DNA of 64,000 nucleotides from an uncultured Verrucomicrobiae bacterium (GTDB lineage Bacteria > Verrucomicrobiota > Verrucomicrobiia > Chthoniobacterales > Chthoniobacteraceae): contig CAVYKI010000010.1 in assembly GCA_963769025.1 (NCBI GenBank), positions 460,585 to 524,584 of the forward strand. The letters are read 5' to 3'. The position numbers were made by a program, and so were the translations under genes. Shown here one piece after another: positions 31,479-40,689 of the stretch; positions within the stretch are counted from its first letter, which is position 1, and the number at the start of each line of letters is the position of its first letter. Under the pieces are notes generated by a model. That model ran no database searches, was not told the origin of the DNA, and worked only from the letters and a program-made list of their open reading frames with translations.

Positions 31479-32063
31479 ATGAAATACAAAACCTACCTCC
31501 TGCTCGGCGCGCCCGGCAGCGGCAAAGGCACGCAGGGGAAAATCCTCGGCTCCATTCCGCGCCTGTTCCACCTCTCGATGGGCGACGTCTTCCGGGCGCT
31601 CGATACCCGGACGGTGATCGGGCAGAAGTTCATCGATTACTCCAGCCGCGGGCAGCTCGTGCCGGATGAAATCACAATGGAGCTTTTGCGCGCGCACATC
31701 GGGCACCTCGTCGGCATCCATGCGTTCAAACCGGACATCGACGCCCTCGTGCTCGACGGCGTGCCGCGCAATGTCGCGCAGGCGAAAATCATGGCCGACA
31801 TGATCGAGGTCCGCCGCGTCTTTCACATGTCGTGCCCCGACCGCGAGCAGCTCGTCATCCGCATCCGCAAACGCGCGCTGAAGGAAAACCGCTTCGACGA
31901 TGCGAACGAGGAGACGATCCGCCGGCGACTCGTGACCTACGAGGAGGAGAGCAAGCCTCTGCTGGATTTCTACGGCCCAAAGCGCGTGACGAACGTCAAC
32001 GCGCTCGCCGCGCCGATCAATGTGGTGAAGGACATCGTCAGCGCGATCTGCGAGGAGAAGTAG
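31479..32063 (+). CDS. adk: Adenylate kinase-family NMP kinase, short LID
   Basis: GAPGSGKGTQ, HLSMGD, GQLVPD, LDGVPR, RFDDANEETIRRRL. Confidence 0.85.
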   Translation: MKYKTYLLLGAPGSGKGTQGKILGSIPRLFHLSMGDVFRALDTRTVIGQKFIDYSSRGQLVPDEITMELLRAHIGHLVGIHAFKPDIDALVLDGVPRNVAQAKIMADMIEVRRVFHMSCPDREQLVIRIRKRALKENRFDDANEETIRRRLVTYEEESKPLLDFYGPKRVTNVNALAAPINVVKDIVSAICEEK

Positions 32064-32072
32064 GCCGTCTCG

Positions 32073-32999
32073 ATGCGTGTTGTTTTCATCGGCACGGGCG
32101 ACATCGCGATTCCCAGTTTTCGCTGGCTGCTGGATGAGGCGGGCGTCGAGGTCGCCGCGCTTGTGACGCAGCCCGACAAGCCGGTCGGGCGGCATCAGGA
32201 ATTGCAGGCCCCGGCCATCAAGCGCCTCGCGCTTGAACGCGGAATCCCGGTGCTGCAGCCGGCCCGGATGCGGGCGCCAGAGGCGGTCGCCGAAGTCCAG
32301 TCGCTCGGCGCGGACCTCATCGTCGTGATGGCCTACGGGCAGATTTTGCCAAGGGGCGTGCTCGATGCGGCGAAGGTCGCGTGCCTGAACCTCCACGCGT
32401 CGCTCCTCCCGCGCTGGCGCGGCGCCGCGCCGATTCAGGCGGCCATCCAGTCCGGGGATGAAAAGACTGGCATCACCGTGATGTACATGGATGAGGGGCT
32501 CGACACCGGGGACATCCTGCTCATGCACGAGACTGCCATCACGGCGGACGACACCGGCGGCACGCTCCACGATCGCCTGGCCGGCATCGCGGCGCTCGCC
32601 CTTGCGGATGCAGTCGCACTTCTGCGCGCACGCCGCGCGCCACGCACGCCGCAGCCCGCCGAGGGCGTGACCTACGCCGGGAAACTCACGCGTGAACACG
32701 GACATCTCGATTTTTCCGCCGGCCGCGAAGCGGTCGCTCGCAAAGTGCGGGCGATGAACCCGTGGCCCGCCGCTGCAACGGGCATCGGCGGCAGGCGCCT
32801 GAAAATTTTCGCCGCGTCGCCATTGGAAAGGCCGACGGGCGAGCCCGGCGTCTTGTTCCCGTGCATGGATGGCCTGCTCATCGGCACGGGTGACGGCACG
32901 GTGCTCGTCACAGACCTTCAGCTCGACGGGAAGAAGCGGATGGGCGCCGCGGAGTTCCTGCGCGGGCACCCGATTTCGTCAGGGGAAACGGCACAATGA
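32073..32999 (+). CDS. fmt: Methionyl-tRNA formyltransferase
   Basis: VTQPDKPVGR, AYGQIL, NLHASLLPRWRGAAPIQ, GLDTGD. Confidence 0.96.
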   Translation: MRVVFIGTGDIAIPSFRWLLDEAGVEVAALVTQPDKPVGRHQELQAPAIKRLALERGIPVLQPARMRAPEAVAEVQSLGADLIVVMAYGQILPRGVLDAAKVACLNLHASLLPRWRGAAPIQAAIQSGDEKTGITVMYMDEGLDTGDILLMHETAITADDTGGTLHDRLAGIAALALADAVALLRARRAPRTPQPAEGVTYAGKLTREHGHLDFSAGREAVARKVRAMNPWPAAATGIGGRRLKIFAASPLERPTGEPGVLFPCMDGLLIGTGDGTVLVTDLQLDGKKRMGAAEFLRGHPISSGETAQ

Positions 33000-33616
33000 G
33001 CTCGAATTCCGCACCCACTTCCAGCCGTCTCGAAGCGCTTGTCACGGCGCTCCGCGCCTGCACGCTTTGCCCAAAAATGCACCGCCCGGCGGTGAGCGGC
33101 GGCGCGGTCGTCTCGCGCGTGATGAGCGTGGGCCAGGCGCCGGGCGTGAAGGAACCGGTCGCGGGCCGGCCGTTCGCGTGGACGGCGGGCAAGACGCTCT
33201 TTGGGTGGTTCACGAACGCGTGCGGATGGAGCGAGGCGGAATTTCGCGAGCGCATCTACATGGCTGCGGTGTGCCGCTGCTTCCCGGGCAAGACCAAGGC
33301 CGGCGGCGACCGAGTGCCCGACCCGGGCGAAGTCGCGATGTGCTCGCGGTGGCTCGCGGATGAAATCGAGATCCTCCGCCCCGCGCTCGTCCTCCCGATT
33401 GGAAAGCTCGCCATCCTGCAACTCATCGAATTCGACAAGCTCACCGACGTCATCGGGAAATCATTCCGCGTGAAGCGGCATGGCCACGAGTTCGACGTCA
33501 TCCCGCTCCCTCACCCGAGCGGCGCATCGCCCTGGCACCGGATGGAGCCGGGCAAATCGCTTCTCAACCGCGCGCTGCGGCTCATCGTGAAACACGACGC
33601 GTGGCCGCAGCGCTAA
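32996..33616 (+). CDS. Uracil-DNA glycosylase superfamily protein
   Basis: ACTLCP, VGQAPG, CRCFPGK, PLPHPSG. Confidence 0.88.
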   Translation: MSSNSAPTSSRLEALVTALRACTLCPKMHRPAVSGGAVVSRVMSVGQAPGVKEPVAGRPFAWTAGKTLFGWFTNACGWSEAEFRERIYMAAVCRCFPGKTKAGGDRVPDPGEVAMCSRWLADEIEILRPALVLPIGKLAILQLIEFDKLTDVIGKSFRVKRHGHEFDVIPLPHPSGASPWHRMEPGKSLLNRALRLIVKHDAWPQR

Positions 33617-33637
33617 GGGCAAAGGCCGGATTCCTTA

Positions 33638-33777
33638 AATCGCGGAGACGCAAAGACTCAGAGGCGCAGAGGAGGAAAAGACAGTGGCTTGAGAATTCCG
33701 AATCACAGCGCGCAACCGGTCACCTTTTGCCAGTCGTTGCTTCTGCTTCCTCCGCGTCTCTGCGTTTCTGCGTTTCA
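33638..33777. repeat. 8-mer-arm inverted repeat copy 3 (degenerate)
   Basis: CGCGGAGACGCAAAGACTCAGAGGCGCAGAGGAGG / CCTCCGCGTCTCTGCGTTTCTGCGTTTCA. Confidence 0.8.
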
Positions 33778-33906
33778 GCCCGATGCGTGGACGAACCCGC
33801 CCTTCCCGGAACCGAAACCCGTTCCCGCGGCGAAAAAGTAGGCATCTGCGAGGATTCGCTCGCTGCGGAGGTCTTCGGGAATGCGTCCGCGAATCCCGTT
33901 TGCCAG

Positions 33907-34194
33907 CTAGAACCGCACGTCGGGCGGACGTGAGGCGGCCGGCGCTTCCTTCGGCATCGGCTTCACGGACTCGGACGGAGATTTCGTGCCGACCTTCGTA
34001 GCAGCCCACACAGTCCACGCCACCGTCGCGATGAAGAGAGCAAACGCGATAAGCTTGAAGCCGAGCATCAAAGTGCTGCGGTCGTTCAGCCGGCCGCATC
34101 GCGGACAGGAGACCGTGGCTCGCCGCGGGAACCGCTCCGAGCACTGCCTGCACTGGACGAAGTTCTCACGACCGGCGTGATAGGACGTTCTCAT
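33907..34194 (-). CDS. Small zinc-ribbon + single-TM protein
   Basis: CRQC...CPRC followed by hydrophobic helix. Confidence 0.65.
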   Translation of the reverse strand: MRTSYHAGRENFVQCRQCSERFPRRATVSCPRCGRLNDRSTLMLGFKLIAFALFIATVAWTVWAATKVGTKSPSESVKPMPKEAPAASRPPDVRF

Positions 34195-34420
34195 CGCTTC
34201 GCTTCGGGAACCGGTTGCCGCTGCTCTGGGGGTTGCATCCAACATTGCGCGCGCTTCTACCAGAACACCTAGCCCCCGCCACTGAATATTCCGTTAGCGA
34301 AGACTATCGAGGGAAAACACGACAGGATGCATCCGGTTTTTACCACACAGACAGGCCGGTTCTCCCCCTTTTCGCGTTTCGCGCTCGACACCTCCCCATC
34401 GCTGCCGCAAACGCCGCTGC

Positions 34421-34774
34421 ATGCCGGAGACCGCCGCCATCCACTACACCTGCCAGCGCTGCACGAACTGCTGCCGCTGGCCGGGCGTCGTCCGCGTCGG
34501 GCGCGAGGAAATCGCCGCAATCGCGTCGCACGTCGGGATGGGCGAGGACGCGTTCATCCAGCGCCACACGCGCCTGCGTCCGGACCGGCTTGGCCTCTCG
34601 CTTTTGGAAATGCCCGACGGCTCCTGCGAATGGCTCGACGGGCGCGACTGCCGGCTCCAGCAGGTGAAACCCGCGCAGTGCCGCGCTTTCCCGAACGATT
34701 GGAACTTTCCCGGTTGGCGGGAAAAGTGCGAGGCGACGCCTTCGCTCGTGCGCCGCGGGATCGCCGCCGGCTAG
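34421..34774 (+). CDS. YkgJ family Cys-cluster protein
   Basis: CQRCTNCC, CEWL, CRL...KPAQCRAFP. Confidence 0.88.
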   Translation: MPETAAIHYTCQRCTNCCRWPGVVRVGREEIAAIASHVGMGEDAFIQRHTRLRPDRLGLSLLEMPDGSCEWLDGRDCRLQQVKPAQCRAFPNDWNFPGWREKCEATPSLVRRGIAAG

Positions 34775-36051
34775 AGCCAGTCCGCGGCGTCGGAGCGCAG
34801 CCAGTCGTGGAATCCGGCACCGGACTTCGACAGCACGAACGCGACCAGAACGAGCACGAGGGCGGCTGCGTCCCGGCGGCAAAAATGATCCGCGCGGCCG
34901 TGTCCGCGGATGAAATTCAGCAGCGCACCCGTCGGGCAGCCGTAGTGGCAGTAGGCCATCGGCACGAAGCACGCGGCCACAAGTCCCACGACCGCGATGA
35001 TGATCGTCGCCCACCCCGCGCTGCGGATCGCGTAGGCGTCGAATGGCTCAAACGCCGCAAGATCGTGCGGCAGCACGAGCATCACCACGCCGAGGATCAT
35101 CAGCATCGTGAGAAATGGCAGCCAGCGCAGGCCCGCGGCGAAGCGCTTTGGCAGCGCGATGCGCCAGCCTTTTGGCGCAAAGCGGGCGAGCAACTCCTGC
35201 GCGTGCCCGTGCGGGCAGAGGTGCTGGCAGTAGAGCGGCTTGCCGGTGGACCACGGGACGAGCAACGCCGCGGCAAGCATCAGCACAAGGCCCGGAGCCG
35301 TGCGCCACGGCACGCCATTCTGCGCCCAGCCGATGAAGAGCGTCTGTGCGAGAAGGTCGGCATTGATGAACCCCACATATGCAATCACGAGCACCTGGAA
35401 TCCGCGCCGCAGCCACGGGCGTCCGTATGTGCCCGTAAACGCGAGCACCGTCCCCGCGAGCACCACCAGCGCGAGGCCCACGTCGCGCATTCCAAAGCGG
35501 AATGGCAGGGGCTGCTGCGCTGTCGCCGCATTCGCCGCGCGCAGGCGCCGCACGATGCCGTCGGCGAGCGCAAGGCTCGTCATGGATGCTCCGCTCACGC
35601 CTTCAATCCCCTCCTCCTCCGGCGTGCGCCCCGCGACCTCGTCCCACGAGCGCCCGTTCCATGTTTTCAAAAAGCTGCGATCCTTCCGGACATCGTCCAC
35701 GTGATCGACGGTATCCTGGCTCGCGCGGATTCGCACGCCGACGACGTGCAGCGTCGCATCGAACGCGATGAGCGTGTTCGTCCACCCGCGGTAGCCGATG
35801 ATGGAATCCGACACCGGCGCCGTCTGCAGCACGTAGCCGAGCCGCGTGCCATCCGGCCCGCCGACATGCCATCCGCCGCGATCTCCTTCATCGATCTCCA
35901 ACGCGACCGCCGTGGGGAAAAGCGGCTGCACCTCGGCCAGCGTGAGCGGACGCAGCGACTCCACGCGCAACCGCACCGCGTGCTCGCGGAGGATCCACGC
36001 GACGGCGACGAGCATCGCAAGACGGAACAGCTGGAGGAGCGCACGGCGCAC
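34771..36051 (-). CDS. FMN-binding + 4Fe-4S-binding membrane protein (NosR/NirI-like)
   Basis: IIGYRG, EGVSGASMTS flavinylation-type motif, TMs, YCQHLCPHG and YCHYGCPTG; start codon uncertain. Confidence 0.82.
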   Translation of the reverse strand: MRRALLQLFRLAMLVAVAWILREHAVRLRVESLRPLTLAEVQPLFPTAVALEIDEGDRGGWHVGGPDGTRLGYVLQTAPVSDSIIGYRGWTNTLIAFDATLHVVGVRIRASQDTVDHVDDVRKDRSFLKTWNGRSWDEVAGRTPEEEGIEGVSGASMTSLALADGIVRRLRAANAATAQQPLPFRFGMRDVGLALVVLAGTVLAFTGTYGRPWLRRGFQVLVIAYVGFINADLLAQTLFIGWAQNGVPWRTAPGLVLMLAAALLVPWSTGKPLYCQHLCPHGHAQELLARFAPKGWRIALPKRFAAGLRWLPFLTMLMILGVVMLVLPHDLAAFEPFDAYAIRSAGWATIIIAVVGLVAACFVPMAYCHYGCPTGALLNFIRGHGRADHFCRRDAAALVLVLVAFVLSKSGAGFHDWLRSDAADWL

Positions 36052-36170
36052 AGGAGGCCACCTTGCCGGAAGCGCCCGCGCCTTTCCAAGCAGAGACTGG
36101 CGCCAGGCTCCGGCGCGGTGCACTCCACTCTTGCGGCGGGCGGCGGTGCCTTCGATAGTCCGCGCCCTTT

Positions 36171-37466
36171 ATGAAACAAATCGGCATCGGCTTGGCCGGA
36201 TTCGGCACCGTCGCCGCGGGCGTGTTCAAACACCTCGCGGAAAACCGCGACCTGCTCTCGCAGCGCCTCGGGCTCGATCTCACCGTGCGTCGCATCGCCG
36301 TCCGCGACTTGAAAAAGACGCGCACCGTGGACGCGCCTGCCGCCATTTTCACCACCCGATGGCAGGACCTCGTCGATGATCCTCAAGTGCAGATCGTCGT
36401 CGAGCTGATGGGCGGGATCGAGGAGGCGCGGCAACTCATCGTCAAGGCGATCGAGGCGGGGAAGACGGTCGTCACCGGCAACAAGGCGCTGCTCGCCGAG
36501 CACGGAAAGGAACTCTTCGACCTCGCGACGGCACGCCAGGTGCCGATTTTTTTCGAGGCCGCTGTCGCGGGCGGGATTCCGATCATCAAGGCCGTGCGCG
36601 AGTCATTCATCGGGAATCACATCCAGTCGATCCACGGCATCATCAACGGCACGACGAACTACATCCTCACGCGGATGACCGAGGCCGGGCTCAACTACGC
36701 CGACGCTCTCGCCGAGGCGCAGTCTCAGGGCTACGCGGAGGCCGACCCCACGCTCGACGTGAACGGCTGGGACGCCGCGCACAAGGCGATCATCCTCGCG
36801 TCGCTCGCATACGGCACGTGGATCTGCCCGTCGCAGGTGTTCGTCGAGGGCATCGAGAAAGTCACCGCGCGGGACATCGGCTTCGCGAAGAAACTCGGCT
36901 ACCGCATCAAGCTGCTCGGCATCATCAAGGCCGACGAGCGCGGCCACATGGAGGTCCGCGTGCATCCCACGCTCATCCCCGAGAAGCACGTGCTCGCGAG
37001 CGTGAACGGCGTCTTCAACGCGCTCTGCGTCCACGGCGATGTCGTCGGCGAAACGCTCTTCTACGGACGCGGCGCGGGCCAGGATCCGACCGCGAGCGCC
37101 GTCATCGCCGACCTCGCGGAGGCCGCGCACGCGCTCGAGTCGAAGCGCCGCGACTTCGGCTTCATGCCGCATGGCCTCTACGGCACCTGCAAGCCGCTGG
37201 ACGAAATCCTCTGCCAGTACTACCTGCGCATTCCCGTGGACGACAAACCCGGCGTGCTCGCGCAGGTCGCCGGCGTGCTCGGCTCGCTCGACATCGGCAT
37301 CAGCTCGATGATCCAGCCCGAGAGCGATGGCCAGAGCGCGGTGCTCATCCTCATGGTCCACGACGCCACGCACGCGCAGGTGCGCAAGGCGCTCGAGCAG
37401 ATTTCCGCGCTCCCGCCGGTGAAAGGCGAACCCATGCTGCTCCGAGTGGAGCATTTCGCGCCGTAG
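36171..37466 (+). CDS. hom: Homoserine dehydrogenase with ACT domain
   Basis: GFGTV, VVELMGG, FEAAVAGGIP, INGTTNYIL, GYAEADP, DKPGVLAQVA. Confidence 0.96.
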   Translation: MKQIGIGLAGFGTVAAGVFKHLAENRDLLSQRLGLDLTVRRIAVRDLKKTRTVDAPAAIFTTRWQDLVDDPQVQIVVELMGGIEEARQLIVKAIEAGKTVVTGNKALLAEHGKELFDLATARQVPIFFEAAVAGGIPIIKAVRESFIGNHIQSIHGIINGTTNYILTRMTEAGLNYADALAEAQSQGYAEADPTLDVNGWDAAHKAIILASLAYGTWICPSQVFVEGIEKVTARDIGFAKKLGYRIKLLGIIKADERGHMEVRVHPTLIPEKHVLASVNGVFNALCVHGDVVGETLFYGRGAGQDPTASAVIADLAEAAHALESKRRDFGFMPHGLYGTCKPLDEILCQYYLRIPVDDKPGVLAQVAGVLGSLDIGISSMIQPESDGQSAVLILMVHDATHAQVRKALEQISALPPVKGEPMLLRVEHFAP

Positions 37467-37547
37467 CGTTCACCCCAGAACCGGCAGCCGACTGCGGCAC
37501 ACTCGGGATGACTCCGACCGCAGTTCGGAGTAGCGTCCTTGCGCCCG

Positions 37548-38360
37548 ATGCATGCCTCGCTGCTCACCCCCGATCTCCTCGCGCCCGGCGATCACAAGTC
37601 GGCGACGCTCGATCCGGCGCAGTTCAGCTGGAAGCGGATCCGTTCGTCCGCGGATCCTCTCTTTGAACAGGCCTACGCGGCGCTGTGGGCGGAGTTCGGC
37701 GCCGCGCACGAGCTGGAAAGCCGCAAGGTCCTCGCCGCGCGTTTCACCGGGGACGCGGCGATGCGTTACGAGATGATCCTCGCGCGTGCCGGCGAAACGA
37801 CCGCGGCAGTGCGCGATCAGACCATCATGTTTTTCGAGGGCGAAATCGTCGTCCACCTTTCCCATCTCCTCGTCGCTCCCAAGTGGCGGCGGAGCGGCCT
37901 CGCCGGGTGGATGCGCGCGGTCTCGCTCCTCTCCGCACGCGCCGTGGCATCTGCACACCGAAAGCCCGAGGCTCCCATCACGCTCGTCGGCGAGATGGAA
38001 TACGACGACGGGAGCGACCCTCGCCGCGCAGTGCGCCTCAAGGCTTACGAGAGGGCCGGCTTCCTGAAAATCGACCCGTGCGCGGTGCGCTACTTCCAGC
38101 CGGACTTCCGGCCGCCCGCGGAGATTGATGCCAGCGGTGGCGCGCGTCCCCTGCCCTTTCAGCTGATCATCCGACGCGTCCGCCGCGAAACGCAACGCAG
38201 CCTCCCCGGTTCCGAAGTGCGCCGCCTCGTCCGCGCACTCTACGCGATGTACGGCGCGCAGTTCCGCCCGAAGGACATGGCCCACCCGGCGCTGAACCTC
38301 GCAACTTACCCGCCCGACGACGCCGAGGTGGCGCTGCTGCCTCCCACCGCAGCGCCTTAG
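37548..38360 (+). CDS. GNAT-like acyltransferase
   Basis: Motif A LLVAPKWRRSGLA and motif B AYERAGF. Confidence 0.65.
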   Translation: MHASLLTPDLLAPGDHKSATLDPAQFSWKRIRSSADPLFEQAYAALWAEFGAAHELESRKVLAARFTGDAAMRYEMILARAGETTAAVRDQTIMFFEGEIVVHLSHLLVAPKWRRSGLAGWMRAVSLLSARAVASAHRKPEAPITLVGEMEYDDGSDPRRAVRLKAYERAGFLKIDPCAVRYFQPDFRPPAEIDASGGARPLPFQLIIRRVRRETQRSLPGSEVRRLVRALYAMYGAQFRPKDMAHPALNLATYPPDDAEVALLPPTAAP

Positions 38361-38378
38361 CACACCGGCACGATTCCG

Positions 38379-39320
38379 ATGCTCACCGCCTTTTACCACC
38401 CCGGCTACGCCGCCCCGCTCGGCGATCACATCATGCCGATTCAAAAGTTCGCGCTCGTCGCCGATGCGGTGCGTGCGATGCCCGATGTGCAACTCGCCGA
38501 ACCCGCGCCGGTGACGGAGGCCGACCTGCTGCGCGTCCACACTCCGGAATACATCGCGGCAGTCCGGACCGGGCAGCCGCGCGCGCTCGCCGAGTCGCAG
38601 AAATTCCCGTGGTCACCTGAACTGTTTCCCAGCGTCTGCCTCACCAGCGGCGGATGTCTCGCAGCTGCGCGGCAGGCGCTCCGCGACGGTGCGAGCGCGG
38701 CCGTGGTGAGCGGCTTTCACCACGCTTGCGCGGATCACGGCGAGGGCTTCTGCACGTTCAATGGCCTCGTGGTCACGGCCGACGCGCTGCTCGCCGGCGG
38801 CGAGGCGCTGCGCATCGCGGTGCTCGACATGGATCTTCATTACGGCAACGGCACCGCCCAGCTCGCCGCCCGCCGCCCGCACCTGTTCGCCGTGAGCATC
38901 TACGGCAATGACTACCGCGACAACATGCCTTACCGCGACGTCACCGCGCGTCGTCACGAGGACGGCGAAAATCATCGCTCGCACGCGCTGCCTGCCGGCT
39001 GCGACCGGGCGACGATGCTGCAAATCCTCGAATCGGCGCTGCCCGAGATCGCCGCGTGGAAGCCGGACGTTCTGCTCTACCAGGCGGGCGCGGATCCGTA
39101 TTTCGAGGATCCATTTTCACCGCTCGCGCTCGACGACGACGATTTGCGCGCCCGCGACTCGCACGTCTTTCAATTCGCGCGCTCGCACCACATCCCCATC
39201 GCGTGGGTGCTTGCGGGCGGCTACACCCGCGACATCACCAAGATCGTGCGGATTCATGCGGGGACGTTCGAGGCGTGGCATGCAGTGTGGAACGAAGCGC
39301 AGGGCGAGGCCCGCCGCTAA
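38379..39320 (+). CDS. Zn-dependent histone deacetylase family amidohydrolase
   Basis: GFHHA, GEGFCTFN, LDMDLHYGNG, QAGAD...DP, AGGY. Confidence 0.92.
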   Translation: MLTAFYHPGYAAPLGDHIMPIQKFALVADAVRAMPDVQLAEPAPVTEADLLRVHTPEYIAAVRTGQPRALAESQKFPWSPELFPSVCLTSGGCLAAARQALRDGASAAVVSGFHHACADHGEGFCTFNGLVVTADALLAGGEALRIAVLDMDLHYGNGTAQLAARRPHLFAVSIYGNDYRDNMPYRDVTARRHEDGENHRSHALPAGCDRATMLQILESALPEIAAWKPDVLLYQAGADPYFEDPFSPLALDDDDLRARDSHVFQFARSHHIPIAWVLAGGYTRDITKIVRIHAGTFEAWHAVWNEAQGEARR

Positions 39321-39376
39321 GTGCGAAGCGCGGCGATTGCGGAGGCCGGATTATTGGGCGAAGGGTCACGCCTCCG

Positions 39377-40618
39377 ATGACGTTCCTCATCATTCTTATT
39401 CTCGTGGCCGCCGGCGATCTGCTGTGGTGCATCGTTGCGCTCAAAAGACCGCAGCGGTGGGCCCGCTGGATCGGCACTGCATTCGGCGTGCTGCAGTTCA
39501 CCGGGCTTGCGGTCATCCTCTCATCCCGCGCGGGCGTGACGCTCGCAGACGCGATGCCGCGACCGCTGCATTCGATCATCCTCGCGTGGCATCTCGTCAT
39601 CCTGCTCCCGTGGCTCGTGTGGCGTCTGCTGAGAGGGTTCGCCGTGCTCGCGCGAAAAATGACGCGTACCGTGCCTCACACGCAGCCTCCGGAGGCCAAG
39701 CCCCACACGGGTGTCACGCGCAGGGAATTCCTCGGCACCGCCGCGGCGCTGACCCCGCCGATGCTCGCGCTCGGCGCGGCGGCCATCGGCGAGATCCAGC
39801 TCAACGATTTCCGCATCCGGCGCATCGACGTTCCCATTCCCAACCTCCCGCCGGCGCTCGACGGGCTGACCATCGCCCATTTGTCCGACCTGCACGTGGG
39901 ACGCTTCACGCGTGGCCGCACGCTGGAGCGCATGGTCGAGGAAACCAACCGGCTCGGCGCGGATGTCGTCGCGCTGACCGGCGATTTCATCAACCACTCC
40001 CTGCGCGATCTCCCGGCGGCTCTCGACGTCATCCGGTCCCTCCGTGCGCGGCACATCACCGCCGCCTGCGAGGGAAACCACGATCTCATCGAGAACGCGC
40101 AGACCTTCCGACGCGAAGCCGAGCGCGGCGGCCTGCCGCTTCTGCTTGGCGAAACCGCGACGACGACCATCCGCGGCCAGCGTGTCCAGTTGCTCGGGCT
40201 GCCGTGGCATCGCCGCGCGACGGGAATGCAGGGCGATGCCGCCTCGCTGCTCGCGCGGCGCGACCCTGCCGCGTGGCCGCTGCTCCTCGCGCACCATCCC
40301 CACGCGTGGGATTTTGCGGGCGAGATTCCGCTCACCCTCGCCGGCCACACGCACGGCGGCCAGCTCATGCTCACGGATCGCATCGGCGCCGGGCCGCTGC
40401 TGTTCCGCTATTGGAGCGGCCTGTACACACGCGCATCCGGTGCGCTGGTCGTCTCCAACGGAGTCGGCAACTGGTTCCCCGTCCGCATCCAGGCGCCGGC
40501 GGAAATCCTGCACCTCACGCTCCGTCGCGCCGCACTCACGGTGGATGCGGACCACGGCGCCGCGAGGCGGCGCGAAATGATCGCCATCGGTTTGCCAAGG
40601 GCATGGCGCTCCGGGTAG
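39377..40618 (+). CDS. Membrane-bound metallophosphoesterase (YkuE-like)
   Basis: SDLH, TGDF, GNHD, LAHHP, GHTHGGQ; N-terminal TMs. Confidence 0.88.
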   Translation: MTFLIILILVAAGDLLWCIVALKRPQRWARWIGTAFGVLQFTGLAVILSSRAGVTLADAMPRPLHSIILAWHLVILLPWLVWRLLRGFAVLARKMTRTVPHTQPPEAKPHTGVTRREFLGTAAALTPPMLALGAAAIGEIQLNDFRIRRIDVPIPNLPPALDGLTIAHLSDLHVGRFTRGRTLERMVEETNRLGADVVALTGDFINHSLRDLPAALDVIRSLRARHITAACEGNHDLIENAQTFRREAERGGLPLLLGETATTTIRGQRVQLLGLPWHRRATGMQGDAASLLARRDPAAWPLLLAHHPHAWDFAGEIPLTLAGHTHGGQLMLTDRIGAGPLLFRYWSGLYTRASGALVVSNGVGNWFPVRIQAPAEILHLTLRRAALTVDADHGAARRREMIAIGLPRAWRSG

Positions 40619-40689
40619 CTACGGGCTCCATGACTTCCCACAGCCAGCGCGCCGCGGATGCCCGGCCGTCTCCCGTCAGCGGCTCCCGC

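Noticed and set aside
37485..37530. Hairpin after hom as ncRNA or terminator
   Set aside because: Single imperfect stem, no U-tract, no recognisable family
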